A stretch of 47,938 nt of DNA, filler included, from Catajapyx aquilonaris (taxonomy: Eukaryota): assembly GCA_000934665.2 (NCBI GenBank). It is 2 parts of 2 records of this genome, joined end to end, with 100 filler letters (N's around TTAATTAATTAA, not from the genome) between each part and the next. Parts side by side here need not be neighbours in the genome. Positions count along the whole stretch, not along the records: positions 1 to 23,924 come from JYFJ02005599.1; 1 more part is not named here. One strand, 5' to 3'. A model generated the notes under the pieces. It saw nothing but the letters and a program-made list of their open reading frames with translations. It was not told the DNA's origin and ran no database searches. Shown here piece after piece: positions 1 to 11,873 of this stretch. Made by a program: the position numbers and the translations under genes. Position 1 is the first letter of the stretch; each line of letters starts with the position of its first letter.

Positions 1-96
1 TATAGCCATAATTATTGCAAAGATTACTACCAAATCAATGGGTCACTCCTATGGAAAAGTATTTCATAACCCGAGCAACGCCGGGTATCCTGCTAG
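1..96 (+). mobile_element. Helitron 3' terminus (element extends upstream of the window)
   Basis: Hairpin ACCCG-AGCAACGC-CGGGT (69-86), followed 6 nt later by CTAG (93-96) and a host T. This is the canonical Helitron 3' end. Confidence 0.7.
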
Positions 97-1869
97 TTAA
101 CACTATAAAAACATCTTTCGTGTGAACAAATGGTAAAGAAAGTGTGATACGTTATAAAACTAATTTTAAATGAAACACTACTTCAACCCGGCACAAATAA
201 TCAAACGATCATCTAGTGATAAAATGTACGTGGAGATAACACGTGGTTGCACTCTTTTAGTGATATAAATAAGTTAAAATTGTGGAAAGCTATTACGCAA
301 TAAGACACAATCTTTCTCAGGTTTTTTGCTTGGACTTGGAAGGAAATCTCAGATGACCGTGTAATTACCATTCATGTCTGAATGAATATCCAGGTGAAAG
401 AGTTCACTGTCACTTTTTCTCTGCATTAATTCCAGCTGCCAAGGACAAAGGCTTTTAGAGGTATGCGGACATCACGCACATGCTAGATTAATGGATTGAG
501 GATTAAGTAGCTTAATTTTTTAAAGGTAATATTCCCTTTCTTGCAGTATGTTATACTGGTTTATGCAGGTATCAAAATGCATTTGATAATGAGCAGCAGT
601 CAGGTCTTTTTAAAAGAAGCAACTCTTTAAGAAGGACTAAAATTATCTGGGTTTGTTATCTCTCTCTTAATGAGTATGTACTTCAACAACGTAAGCAGTC
701 CATAATTTTTCCTCTCCAACATTCTCATCTTTATAATTATAATACTGTGCTGTTTGGTGCTGTTATATATTATTGGAATGCAGAAATATCATAGCTACAA
801 AATTATCTAATGATTTCTATGAAAAGTTTTAAAACTATAAAAGGTTTTTTGAGGAGGTGGACATTGTTGTAGGAGACTTTAATATCAAGAGCAGGTTAGC
901 TTATCGATCATAAAATATGAGGTTATGACTGTTTTAAAAAAATGCCCTAATCAATTTCGACCAAAATATTAATCTGACGATATTAAGGAAGTTTGAAATA
1001 CATAATGCTCAAAATCATATTTTGGTTATTTTTGGAGCATGAAGATTTGAAGTTTCAAAATTGCATTATTCAATATCGACCAATATAATTTTTCAAACGT
1101 TTCTCTCGGCGGGCTCTCAGTTTTCTGCTATTGATTATACGGAGGATTTTACCTCAGAAATTATTATTTAATTACGTCTACTACATTTTATAAACATGTA
1201 ACACCATTTCTATCGAAATTTTAACACTGATTGTTCTGAATTTCAAATTTTCATATGCTGCATTTTAATGAGTAATATAATAAATCATAAAAACAAGACA
1301 GTGCCGAACAATAAAAAATATCGAATAAAGCGTACGAACGAGTACAAAGTATCGCTTTCATTGGACAGCAATTGAAGCAGAAGTTAGCTCACATCCAAAT
1401 CGGCAAAATTTTGCGAACAGTAATTTTCACTTGCCTCAGCGACCTCACCTTCAATCCACTAATTTTGAACGGTGTACAAGTTATTTCCGGTCCATTTAGG
1501 CGCCGGACGGGCATTCCATCGGAGGTAACACTTATACAAGTATAGTACCATGGGTAGCTTCAATGAAAATCTATTTTAATATGTCTGAAATGTTAGAAGT
1601 AAACAACCCTTTGGTTAAGCTCTACCTTCGATGTCCAAGAACTGGGTGTTTCAACTATAAATTAAAGGTCAGACAACACCTGCAAGTGATAATTATTTCC
1701 CGTGAAATTTTTACAGGCACATTGAGATGAGACTTGCCGTATTTCCTGCTAGTCTTACCTCGGTACGGTAATTATGGTTCTGCCTCCAAAGATCTTCATC
1801 ACGGGTACATCATGGGTAAACCACGCGAATACTTCTCCGAGTTCTTTCCATGTGAGGCCCAACCAGGAT

Positions 1870-2260
1870 ATCATTCTAATATAGGACCCTATGTGACACC
1901 GTGCCACCCTCGCTTGTAAAGTATTACGTATGTTGAATGGGAACATTTTATTCGGGCTGTGAATTTCCGATGGAGTGACCCCTTTTGATCAACTATAACT
2001 GTGGTAAATAGCAGGAAGTATAGGATATCAGATGCTTATCCAGATAGGGCAAGTCATACAAGCGTTTAAGCAAATCTGGCCAAATCTGCTCCTTTTTAAA
2101 ATGTAACTTTGTATAATTTTACTATTATATTACATTTCATCGACGAGATGGACCAGGGTGTGACTCTAATTTGACTAATTGTGGAATTTTCGTGTCCGCC
2201 ATAATAGGGTGGTGAGGAGCATCTTGAATACGAAAGCATGTCAAAGGCTGTGCTCAGGCC
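1870..2260 (-). pseudogene. Highly degraded LINE reverse-transcriptase remnant
   Basis: Minus strand gives GLSTAFDMLSY (compare DLSKAFD) and, downstream, HGVT*GPIL (compare GVPQGSIL), in the expected order. There is no intact ORF. Confidence 0.4.
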
Positions 2261-3564
2261 TGTTCTATATACGTACATTCAACCCATACATTTTTTTAAA
2301 CGTCGATTGTTTGCTCCATGAGATCCCAGATTTTGTGAAATGAACTCTAGGAATCTGATTAATCAATCAGGGTTATATATGCTCCCAACCTGTCTCCCTT
2401 CGAGACGAGGCAAGATATGATACGAAGGATGACGATGAAGTGTGTTTCAAGGATTCAATATGTATCTACCAGGAAACGTGCGCTCAAATAAATATGAGTA
2501 CAAAATAACATTTTGCTCTATCGTTTTTTCACACTTTGTGGTTTCTCATTTTGCTTCCCAGAAGAAATCTTAAACCACTGAAACCGGCCGCTGCCCAAAG
2601 ACCAGTTGATAGTTACTGCGAGTTATCGTTGTACAGTACATGCAAGAAGTTTCTGGCATAACCACTAATCACTTCTAAACGAGGCGTAACCGATAATAAC
2701 CTAATGAGTAGAGCTCATTGGACTTGCACCGACTGCTTCTCGTGTACTGTCTTGGAATACGAGTTAAAATTATGGGTAATAAAAACAATTCATGATTGTT
2801 CCTTAACAACCATCACCTGGAACATGTCTTTTTGAAGACCTCGATGGTCTCCCAAATCTTCGTTTTAAACTACGTTATTTGTACGATAAATTAGCATGAA
2901 CAAGCTCCAAGAGAAATAGCTCAATATTAAAACATTTATAATGATGTTTCTGCATACCATGTACCATTACATATATCCCAGCTATTAAATAGTCGCCAAA
3001 GCATTGCACCTTACAGCAGGTATAATAAATTCTGGCATTACTTCATGACATTTCCACATCACATCATTCACAGCTGAATTACATTACGCAAATTTCAGCT
3101 ATGGTGTTATGTAATAATTACCGAAATACTTCCACCCCAGCACTAACCTGCCCCACCCAAATCACTCAGCGTCACTAATTTATGAACAGCTTCAAAAGCG
3201 ATGTACAAATCGACATCGAAAAGTTACACGTATTGCCTTTAGGTAAGTTGACATTGCAGTTATTACAGAAAATTGCACTATCAGACTACACCCTTTTCTA
3301 AACAAATGAGCCATGTAATCTGAGAGAAATCGCGCCAAGCCTTCTTTCATCTCCTTCCCTTCACATACGCTCACTTACACATCCGAATATCTCGTTCTAA
3401 TTTCCACGCTCGCCGGATCGGTTGGATCCGGAGAGCACATAATGCCTATGTTAGGAGCATGGTTTTCGTGGGGGAGCCACCTCTTCTTTGCGTTTATTGC
3501 CTCATTGTCTCTATGGCTTCCGGCCACACATTCTTAACTTTCCATTTCTTTACTTGGCTCTGTG

Positions 3565-3599
3565 TATAAAAGAGGTGGTCTGCTCTTCTACACCTCAGT
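3565..3599 (+). promoter_or_regulatory. Core promoter: TATA box plus arthropod initiator
   Basis: TATAAAA at 3565-3571 and TCAGT at 3595-3599 (A at 3597, 32 nt after the TATA start), about 50 nt before the ATG at 3648. Confidence 0.85.
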
Positions 3600-3647
3600 G
3601 GGATTCTTGGGATACAAGCACAAGTCGCACAGTTTTTGGAGGAAGAG

Positions 3648-3659
3648 ATGGTGAACATG
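3648..3659 (+). CDS. Gly-rich/PV-repeat cuticular-type protein, exon 1 (MVNM)
   Basis: ATG GTG AAC ATG followed by the donor GTAAGG at 3660. A very short first coding exon is typical of insect cuticle genes. Confidence 0.8.
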
Positions 3660-3746
3660 GTAAGGAAAAAGCTGTGGTTTCCTCAAACTGAAGAAAGGAC
3701 TGGCCAAGTTGAGTGCATTATTTTTGAGTATGTTGTACATCTACAG

Positions 3747-3950
3747 TTGGTACTGGTGGCATCGGCCGTATTGGCCGTAGCATCGGCTGGGGAATATGGA
3801 GACTACGGAGACCTGGCTGATTACGGAGGTCATTCCGGCGGAGGGTACCATGGAGGTCATTCTGGTGGAGGACATTCTGGAGGAGGATACCATTCTGGAG
3901 GAGGATATTCGGGTGGATATGGCTCAGGATGGGCTTATGTCAAGGCTGCA
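3747..3950 (+). CDS. Gly-rich/PV-repeat cuticular-type protein, exon 2 (signal peptide and GGHSGGGY repeats)
   Basis: Acceptor ctacag at 3746. Encodes the hydrophobic signal LVLVASAVLAVASA, then GEYGDY...GGHSGGGY...GWAYVKAA. Donor GTGCGT at 3951, phase 0. Confidence 0.9.
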
Positions 3951-4247
3951 GTGCGTATTTACAACTCAGGACGTACAAAGTGACCATTCTTCAAAGTGTT
4001 GCACTGCACAAGTCCCCACAGTCCAACAATTAATGCTGGCGACACAGATAGTTCATTCATAAGAAGAAACAATCACGCCAAGTGCATGTAGTCGTGATTG
4101 TTGCTTCCAACTTGTCTTCGGGGGGTATCCTATTTTAACATAAGCAGTGTACCACCCTGTAGATGTGGCACGCGACGAAATTTCCATCACGTGTAGACCC
4201 CCCCAAAAAAGTTCCATATTGATATAAACATGGTACATTAATTTCAG

Positions 4248-4586
4248 CCTCAGAAGACCCATCACCATGTCGTTCCGGTGTACGTGAAGTACCCAGTATA
4301 CGAGAAGGTGCCGGTGTATGAGAAGGTGCCAGTGATTCAGAAGTATCCAGTGTACGAGAAAGTTCCGGTGTACCAGAAGGTCCCTGTGTACAAGAAGGTT
4401 CCAGTCATCCAGAAGGTTCCAGTCATTCAAAAAGTCCATGTGCACCACAAAGGCCACCATGACGGTGGATACGGAGGCGGAGATGGTGGCTATGGCGGGG
4501 GCTACGACGGAGGACACGACATAGGACACGGTTATGACGGAGGACACGGTTATGACGGAGGACACGAATATGGAGGGCATCACTGA
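4248..4586 (+). CDS. Gly-rich/PV-repeat cuticular-type protein, exon 3 (CPLCP-like; 184 aa in total)
   Basis: Acceptor tttcag at 4247. Encodes PQKTHHHVVPVYVKYPVYEKVPV... with about 9 hexapeptide repeats, then GGY/GHGYDG repeats, ending at TGA 4586. Confidence 0.9.
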   Translation, partial: PQKTHHHVVPVYVKYPVYEKVPVYEKVPVIQKYPVYEKVPVYQKVPVYKKVPVIQKVPVIQKVHVHHKGHHDGGYGGGDGGYGGGYDGGHDIGHGYDGGHGYDGGHEYGGHH

Positions 4587-4681
4587 TGCCTTTTCTGTAT
4601 TGTACAAATCTTGAATCGAAACATTGTCACTTGTCCGGTTATCTCTCGCGTCCACTGTTGTAAATACCTCCATACTGTGAT

Positions 4682-4687
4682 AATAAA
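4682..4687 (+). terminator. Polyadenylation signal of the cuticular-type gene
   Basis: AATAAA about 95 nt after the stop codon. Confidence 0.7.
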
Positions 4688-6188
4688 AAACTGCTGGGAA
4701 AATGAGTACACAAGTAAAATAGCCATGACCTTTCGAAGTTTTTATAAGTGTCGTTATAAATCCAAAAGGTGAATAAAATTACTTGAAAATAGGGATGTCA
4801 AATAGTCAATCATTTCAGTACGTTTAAGGATATGTTTCAAAAGAAGAACAACTTCAAAGTACATCTCGGGACATCTTCAGTCGTCACCATTTTAGCGATA
4901 CGGTCACAACTGCAGAATTGGGGTGCATTTAACATTTAGGCTGTTATTCCATCGACGTGAAGTTTATTACTATGCCCGATTTTTTTGCCAAGTAATAATG
5001 ACATTGATTTCGCCAATTATCGAATTAATAGGATGGCGAATTTTCATAACTTGCTCAATGTAATTACAGTATTACAATTACTAGTAGCCTAGTCATTGTG
5101 TGGCTCCGAGGGCAAATGGGCATGTTAATGTCAAAGTTAGAGCGATCGAACTTTCATACAAATAATTACGAGCCGACAATTAGCTGATAAAGAAATCAAC
5201 ACTTATCATATCAGTAATCTTGGATTCTTGACAAATTAGACATATATGCTACGGTATTATGTTCACATCAGCAATCTTAGTCTAATCTACTTTTTCTTAT
5301 CAAAAACCCTCAGTAATATATTGTGGTTAAGCCGATTATTAATATTATGGCAAAATAAATTACATTCATACATTTCTTCAAGGCATTGTCCCAAGCACGG
5401 GGTAGTCATCTATGACGTAATGTAATCGTATGGCAAAATACGATTTATAAAATGTCACACGAACTCGATTAAATTTAAACTAGGAAAACCCTCGCTCCGC
5501 TCGTATTTTCCTAGGGCGCTGGCCTAGAAAACCGCTCGCTTCGCTCGCTCTTTTCTAGGCCTGCGGCCTACAGTGCCCACCATATTTTCAATCGCTTCGG
5601 ACTTACATTGCCAGTGATGATGCCAATCACATCCACACCCCCCACCCTCACCCGTTCCTCCGTGTATTCACATATATGTGATTCCCTATATACCCTGCGA
5701 CCAATCTGCTATCCCACCTTTGCATTGGCTGGGAAATATGCATTTGCCCACCTCAACATACCCATACCTTTGCAATTTAAAAAAAAAACATTTATTATTG
5801 TATGAACAAAAATTCACAACCTCTACCGCCTCTATTCGCATGCACTCGCACATGTATCTAAATTAATCATATGCACGCTTTCCGACCACGTTTTTCTAAC
5901 TGCTCATAACTTCCCTTTACTATAATAAACAGCCAATGGAACTTGGCAGTGTCTGTATTAGATCAGTGGTTCCCAACCTGGGGGTCGCGAAGCCGTCTCC
6001 GTGGGTGTTGAGGGTGGCCGCGATTATTTTAATAAATTAAAAATAACTACAATTAAAAAATAATATTGCACGATCAAAAACTGGTTTAATTCTTCCCGAC
6101 ACTTTCTTTTGACGTTCTCGGCCTATGCCCGGGTTCAGTGTTGAATATCGCGGCTAATCCTGCAACTCTTCCCACTGGGGGATGCCAG

Positions 6189-6426
6189 TACTGCAGTCAG
6201 ATGTGAGAGAACCGTAACTCATTATCCACTTCCCTTGCGGCGAGAAAAGAAAGCAAGTGTTACCGACAGCATCCAAGAGATGGCGTTGGGGGAAGGGGGA
6301 AAAAGGAACGGCATCCCAACTCCACCTGTTGGCTGCTTTTGGTACCACTGTTTTTTTCTCTCCGCAAGCGGCGCAAGGGGAAGTGGCCATTGAGTTACGG
6401 TCTTCTCATATCTGACGGGAGCAGTA
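6189..6426. mobile_element. Old, degenerate foldback MITE
   Basis: tactgcagtcagatgtgagagaaccgtaactca...tgagttacggtcttctcatatctgacgggagcagta: imperfect arms along the whole length, TA at both ends. Confidence 0.55.
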
Positions 6427-7493
6427 AGGACCTCGTTTAAAAACCCGGAATTATTTTACTTTGTTCATAAACGTCCGTGGAGTTTATATTGGCACCATTG
6501 ATAAACAACAGATTCCGACCTTGGCCAACATTCGATTCGGTTTGTTTACGGCACGTTCCATTCCCCCCTCCTCTCCCCCTCCCCTGTTGTGAGGTCACCG
6601 TGAAGACGTGCGGGCGGAGGAAGGTGGAAGGGTGGAGGGNCCCCTGTTGTGAGGTCACCGTGAAGACGTGCGGGCGGAGGAAGGTGGAAGGGGCAGAGGG
6701 GTCTTCACGGGAGAGGAGAATGATGTGTCCTTGTTGAAGTCCAGCAAGCGACTGTGGCGTTCTTCCACCCATTGCGCATGCTCGGAACGGGGGCCAATCG
6801 GAGGCGTCGTGGTAACAATGCTTGTTGAATACGTCGCGGCAACAATGGACGGGGGCCAATGGGGAGGTGGCGGCAATAATACGGGGGCGGACCAATCGGA
6901 GGGCTCGGCGGCCGTCCGCAAGCATTTTAATATTATAGATAATTTTTTTAAACAATATATTTGAAAATAAAACAATCGACCCATGAACACATGACTGGAG
7001 CACTTCTGACATAGAGTCAAAACACACTACAGTATAGGCACTTCTCTTATTTTTCCTTGTGTATTGTGGCAGCGTTTACAGTACTGCATTGTTGGTCTCT
7101 GCCCTCCCCCAAGTACTCGAACCACTGTTACAATGTACTACATGTACTGCAGTTCTTGCCCAAAAAGGGAAAGGAACCCTCAGAGCCTGATGACCCTCAG
7201 CCTGGAACCTCCTATTAACCCTTTCGCCCCCAGCCATCTAAAATCTAGGCAATGAGAACTCGACTGCGCAGTACCAGCTATACGTGCCATCGCCTAGTTT
7301 TCCGCTTAGCCGTGCGCTGAAGATACAAACAAGATATTTTACAAATAATAACAGCTATACTTACCATTTCGGGGAAAACACTATGAATGTGTTGAAATCT
7401 TCCTCCCATAGAAGTCCCTAAATTAATTTCCAAAAATATCACTGTAAAACCTCGCAATTAGAGTACTGCCAGCCAACTGTTAGGCTGATTTAA

Positions 7494-9052
7494 CCCAGAT
7501 ATGCCGAGTGTCCCCTATAGGGGACACCTGCACAGTTGTTATATTTCAATTTTTTTGCACTGGTTCTTCTGCTGCTAAAGAGCTAAAGAGTCACGGGGAT
7601 TCAGGAGAGTCCCAGCTAACGATGCAAGTTCAAACCTGCTCAAATATTGCTTCAACGTTTTAAGATACAGGTGTTTGAATTTTAAGTCAGGAAATAATGG
7701 CTGCACCTTCATGTTCCAAATATGATTAGTAATTAATATCGAATATTGATTAATGTTATGAGTTATTTATTGTGTGTAATACTTAATACTTAGAAAACTT
7801 ATGAATGACGATGTTGATGGGGAAATATAGGAATGTTTTTTACCTTCCTTGTCGGAGAGTAGTGTTGAAATCTGGTGTCCCCTCTGGGGAACACAAGAGG
7901 CAAATGCACCCACATTTGGACAAGTAAAGTATGTATGTATATTTTGTACGCTTTGTTGAACTATATTTTAATGAATCCATACAATTAAAACGAGATTACA
8001 TGCCAATTGGTTAACATGGCAACCGTTGCAACAATCCTTGATTGTTGTTGATTGTTACTCAATGGGGAAGTAGCCTTCATTTTGGAAACTACATAATAAA
8101 TTCGCCCATATTTTTTGGATTTTTTTGGCATATTCCGTTTTAAGATATCAGTTTCCGTTCCGGAGATATTGGCGTTTTTATATAGGGAAATGGTGACGTC
8201 ACTGTTTCCCTAGAAAATGTTGACGTCACGCGAAGTGAAATGAACGCAAAAATGGTGTTATAGAACGCGCCCCGTCATTGTCGTAAAATGCTTCGCTGTT
8301 GTTAGCAACCGTCCCATTCCGTGAGCAAGATAGCGGCCGGGGCGCGTATTTCTTCCACGCCGCTCACATCGCTTTGTACGTGGCAGTGATGCCACCAGCT
8401 CGGAAATATCTGTCTCCCGAATTAGGCACATAAAGGCCCCCCTTCTCCACCTCGATGGCCTACAGCCCCCTTGCGAATGCTTTCCGTCGTGTCCGCGGTT
8501 AATTCAAAGTCAAATTCCTCATATCTCGCAGTCAACCAGGCATTTCAGTGTACCCTTTCGATTGGCACCACCCGGCTCCGCCGTTTTTCCCGCCAATTTT
8601 GAAGGCACTTTTAAATGTGCCGTAATTTATCCAGTAATGTCATTTTGATGCAACAGAGTGATGGAATGTATGTTTACAGGCATGGGCTAGCTAGTTATGA
8701 ACAAAAATCCCAAATCCCAGACCAAGGCTACTTCCCCATTACAACCCATTCTTTGCGCGGCCTGTTTCCAATGGTAATGCAATCGACAACAATCAATCAT
8801 TGATGATATTATGAAACTATGGATATTGCTGAATGTCACTCTTGCCATGGTAATGTAATCAACAACTGTTATAGCCATACTAGTAGGTTACATTTTCCAA
8901 GCATCCCATAATTATAGGGAATGGCCATTTTCTCGCAAACAAGCAGTCAGAAAAATGTTTTACCTCGATTTTTGTGTTTTGGGAACTAATATTAACTAAT
9001 AGAAACAAAAAAGTTCAAAAATTCAACAAAAACTTTTCCAGGCATATCTGGG
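7494..9052. mobile_element. Nested piggyBac-like non-autonomous element
   Basis: TTAA|CCCAGATATGCC ... GGCATATCTGGG|TTAA: perfect 12-bp TIR with TTAA TSD. Confidence 0.8.
8064..8737 (+). mobile_element. DNA transposon with AT TSD (ISL2EU/PIF-Harbinger-like), copy 1
   Basis: AT|GGGGAAGTAGCCTT ... AAGGCTACTTCCCC|AT. The internal sequence is homologous, in reverse orientation, to 11874-13408. Confidence 0.7.
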
Positions 9053-9481
9053 TTAATCATGAAATAGGTTGAAATATTAGGAATAACAATCTTGAAAAGA
9101 GCGCCAGATGAATTTGCTGACATCGTCGTAATTTTCGAGAAATAGGTAAATTTGGTAGAATTTTGTTCGAAGTGACAGGCAAGTTGCAGAAGAGTATTAA
9201 TATATTTCTCGGAAAGTACAACAATTTCAACAGTCTTCTGGCATGGTTCACAAGATATATACAAGAGGGGATTTTAATGTATTTCATAATTAAATCGACC
9301 GAAAAGTTGGCCGGTAGTACTTGAATTTTCATATTTTACAGTGATCTTTTTGGAAATTAATTTACGGACTTACAGCCAAGGAAAATTGTTTCCAATACAT
9401 ACATTGTGTTTTGCATGAATAGGTAAGTATAGCTGTTACTATTTGTAAAATATCTTGCCCTTACCTTCAGAGTACTTGTAC

Positions 9482-9638
9482 AGTGTTGGACATTAATTGC
9501 ATCGTACTGCTAGTGACATTTTCCGAAGCGGCAGAAAAAACAAATCGAAGCAATGGAGCAAAAGCCGTGAGCAAGATTCCTTCTTCTGCCGCTTCAGAAA
9601 ATGTCACTAGCAGTACGACATGATTAATGTCCAACACT
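9482..9638. mobile_element. Small hairpin MITE
   Basis: agtgttggacattaat...tactgctagtgacattttc.gaagcggcagaa pairs with ttctgccgcttc.gaaaatgtcactagcagta...attaatgtccaacact (arms of about 55 bp). Confidence 0.7.
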
Positions 9639-9971
9639 AAGTTGAACAGGAGGGAAAATCTAGGTGGAAATATAGCGGGTGTACTGTGTGACGATCTTTT
9701 TAAAAATTAATTTGCGGACTTCTATACGAGTAAAATTGTTTCCAACACATGCATTGTGTAGAGCATGAATGTAAAAGTATAGCTGCTGTTATTTGTAAGA
9801 TATCTTGTCCTTATTTGCAAGTGGAACGAAAGCGAAAAGAATCTGGGATTCTAGGAGATGGAGGTATAGCTGGTTCCTGGAGGTTTAGTTCTTATCACCT
9901 AGACTGAGCATTAAAAACACCAATATTAGTGTTGTCTGTTGGAAAGTTCTAGGAAATTTTGGCACCTATCT

Positions 9972-10340
9972 TTTTTTCCCCTTCTTTTTAAAATAAATAC
10001 CCTGTGATAGGGCCCCCAGGGCCCTGACAGGGGGTGGAATACCACCATTTAAAAAAAAAATCCATTCGATTTTTCTGATTTTTTCCCGATCACTGGTGCA
10101 GGGAAGAAAGGACATGAGGTAGGGATGGGGATTTCTGGGGAGGAGACAGGGGTCCAGGCGCAATGTCATTATACTGGGGTCATGTGCAGTTTCCCTGGAA
10201 GTTAGGTTGCCAGACACTTCCATGGCTTGGGTCAGAGACCCTCCCGACGCAGGCGAAAGGGAGCTCCTGGGTGGGGATCGAACCCGGGACCTTCCGCTCA
10301 GTAAGCCGAGTCGTTACCGACTCGGCCACCACGTCTCCCC
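9972..10340 (-). mobile_element. tRNA-derived SINE family A, copy 1
   Basis: Minus-strand head has A box TGGCCGAGTCGG and B box GGTTCGATCCC. The body is homologous to 31052-31392. Confidence 0.8.
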
Positions 10341-10619
10341 CGAATCTATCTAGTTTACTTCCATTATAAATTTGTTTCGTTTACGCCTTTTCACTTTACG
10401 CCACATGTTGCTGGAACCAATCCCCGGAGTAAAACGAGGAGTACCTGTATTGGGTAACAAAATGACTCGTACAAATCTGTTGGCAAAACATTTTGGTAAT
10501 TTAGGTGTTTAAAAAAAAGTGTTCAATACAATAGGGGATCCTGATATTAGCAAATCCTGTTGTGTTGAGGAAAGTTGTGGTATTGGTAGTTTCTGGACTG
10601 AATGATGATTCCATTACAG

Positions 10620-10788
10620 GGTGCTGGCAAATCCTGAGACTCCACCAAAGCTGGACTGGAGCATCTACAAGGCAAAAGTTGCCATCCCAGGGATGGTCGA
10701 TACCTTTCAGAAACAGTATGAGTCTTTGAAGATCCCCTATCCAGAAGACAAGGTTTCATCCCAGATTGATGCCCAGCAGAAGGAAGCA
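10620..10788 (+). CDS. ATPsynD: Mitochondrial ATP synthase subunit d, internal exon
   Basis: Acceptor ttacag|G. Encodes VLANPETPPKLDWSIYKAKVAIPGMVDTFQKQYESLKIPYPEDKVSSQIDAQQKEA, matching insect subunit d (VLANPE..P.IDW..YK...V.G.VD.FQKQYE.LK.PYP.DKVSSQ.D). Donor GTAAGC at 10789. Confidence 0.93.
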
Positions 10789-10807
10789 GTAAGCATTGTT
10801 ATAACTA

Positions 10808-11813
10808 CAGGGTGGACGGAAAGTTTCGGACCCCCCCAGGTTTTTTAACCCTACTTTTCACAGCGTCTTTTCACATCTTTTAAAAGTTCACAAGCAGTTC
10901 TAATGTACACTATCTTTTGAAGAATAATCTTGAGAACATCTGAGCACCTTTGCTCTGGCAATTCCATTAATAACTTCGCCTCTGTGACTCATCTAAACAT
11001 CCTATCTGTTTTGCGTTTATTTTGCTTGTTGCCTTGGAGGACCCCTGGTCATATTCTGCGTCAGATAATGTTTTTATGACCCTTTTCCATGAGTTCCCCT
11101 TCATGCAAATGTTGTGAACTCACTCCTGACCTTATTTTTCGCATTGGTCCATAACCTGGTCCAATAAAAATTTGAAAAGGAATGCATGAAATGGCGGACC
11201 CGGATGCATTACTTTTGAATTCTCACATTGGTACCATCACATTTGTCTCCATTTTTACTTTGTAATAATTTTTTGGTGCGAAAGGACGTGAACGAACGGA
11301 TGTGTCATGTTGATTAATTTACCAAGGTAGGACTGTTTACTGTCCTTTCCCACCAAAAAATTATTTTAAAGTAAAAATGGAGACAAATGTGATGGTACCA
11401 ACTCGAAAGTAATGCATCCGGGTCCGCCATTTAATGCATTCCTTTTCAAATTTTTATTGGACCAGGTTATGGACCAATGCGAAAAATAAGGTCAGGAGTG
11501 AGTTCACAACATTTGCATGAAGGGGAACTCATGGAAAAGGGTCATAAAAGCCTTATCTGACGCAGAATATGACCAGGGGTCCTCCAAGGCAACAAGCAAA
11601 ATAAACGCAAAACAGATAGGATGTTTAGATGAGTCACAGAGGCGAAGTTATTAATGGAATTGGGAGAGCGAAGGTGCTCAGATGTTCTCGAGATTATGCT
11701 TCAAAAGATAGTGTACATTAGAACTGCTTGTGGACTTTTAAAAGATGTGAAAAGACGCTGTGAAAAGTAGGGTTTAAAAACCTGGGGGGGTCCGAAACTT
11801 TCCGTCCACCCTG
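10808..11813. mobile_element. Tc1/mariner-type foldback MITE, near-perfect palindrome of about 1 kb
   Basis: TA|CAGGGTGGACGGAAAG ... CTTTCCGTCCACCCTG|TA. Arms are about 470 bp with few mismatches. Confidence 0.9.
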
Positions 11814-11873
11814 TATTTTTGCATCAGCAGGTATGAAGGTGCATTAGTGGGTGATGACTACTATTGGGGTAAT

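Larger units (their letters stand above)
7219..9910. mobile_element. Outer piggyBac-like non-autonomous element with long diverged inverted arms
   Basis: Starts TTAA|CCCTT. 7245-7450 is the reverse complement of 9690-9905 and of a second copy at 9335-9460. TTAA at 9911. The right terminus is eroded. Confidence 0.5.

Noticed and set aside
851..886. EVDIVVGDFNI, an AP-endonuclease-like motif
   Set aside because: It is an isolated motif among stop codons. A LINE relic is possible but cannot be supported.
3181..3248. AG|GTAAGT donor in the phase needed for ATPsynD exon 1
   Set aside because: The upstream translation (YEQLQKRCTNRHRKVTRIAF) shows no similarity to subunit d.
4053..4673. 206-aa minus-strand ORF
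   Set aside because: It is the antisense shadow of the repetitive cuticle-gene exon.
5964..5990. hAT/Charlie-like end CAGTGGTTCCCAACCT
   Set aside because: I found no partner TIR with a matching 8-bp TSD. The same applies to the solo mariner-like ends at about 15758 and 26217.
6581..6692. Exact tandem duplication of about 52 bp and the ORFs across it
   Set aside because: The copies are separated by a single N, which is the typical overlap artefact at a contig join.
10260..10340. tRNA genes (also about 31052, 36220-36292 and 40020-40095)
   Set aside because: The A/B boxes are attached to shared SINE bodies, most with TSDs and tails, and I could not see a complete cloverleaf.
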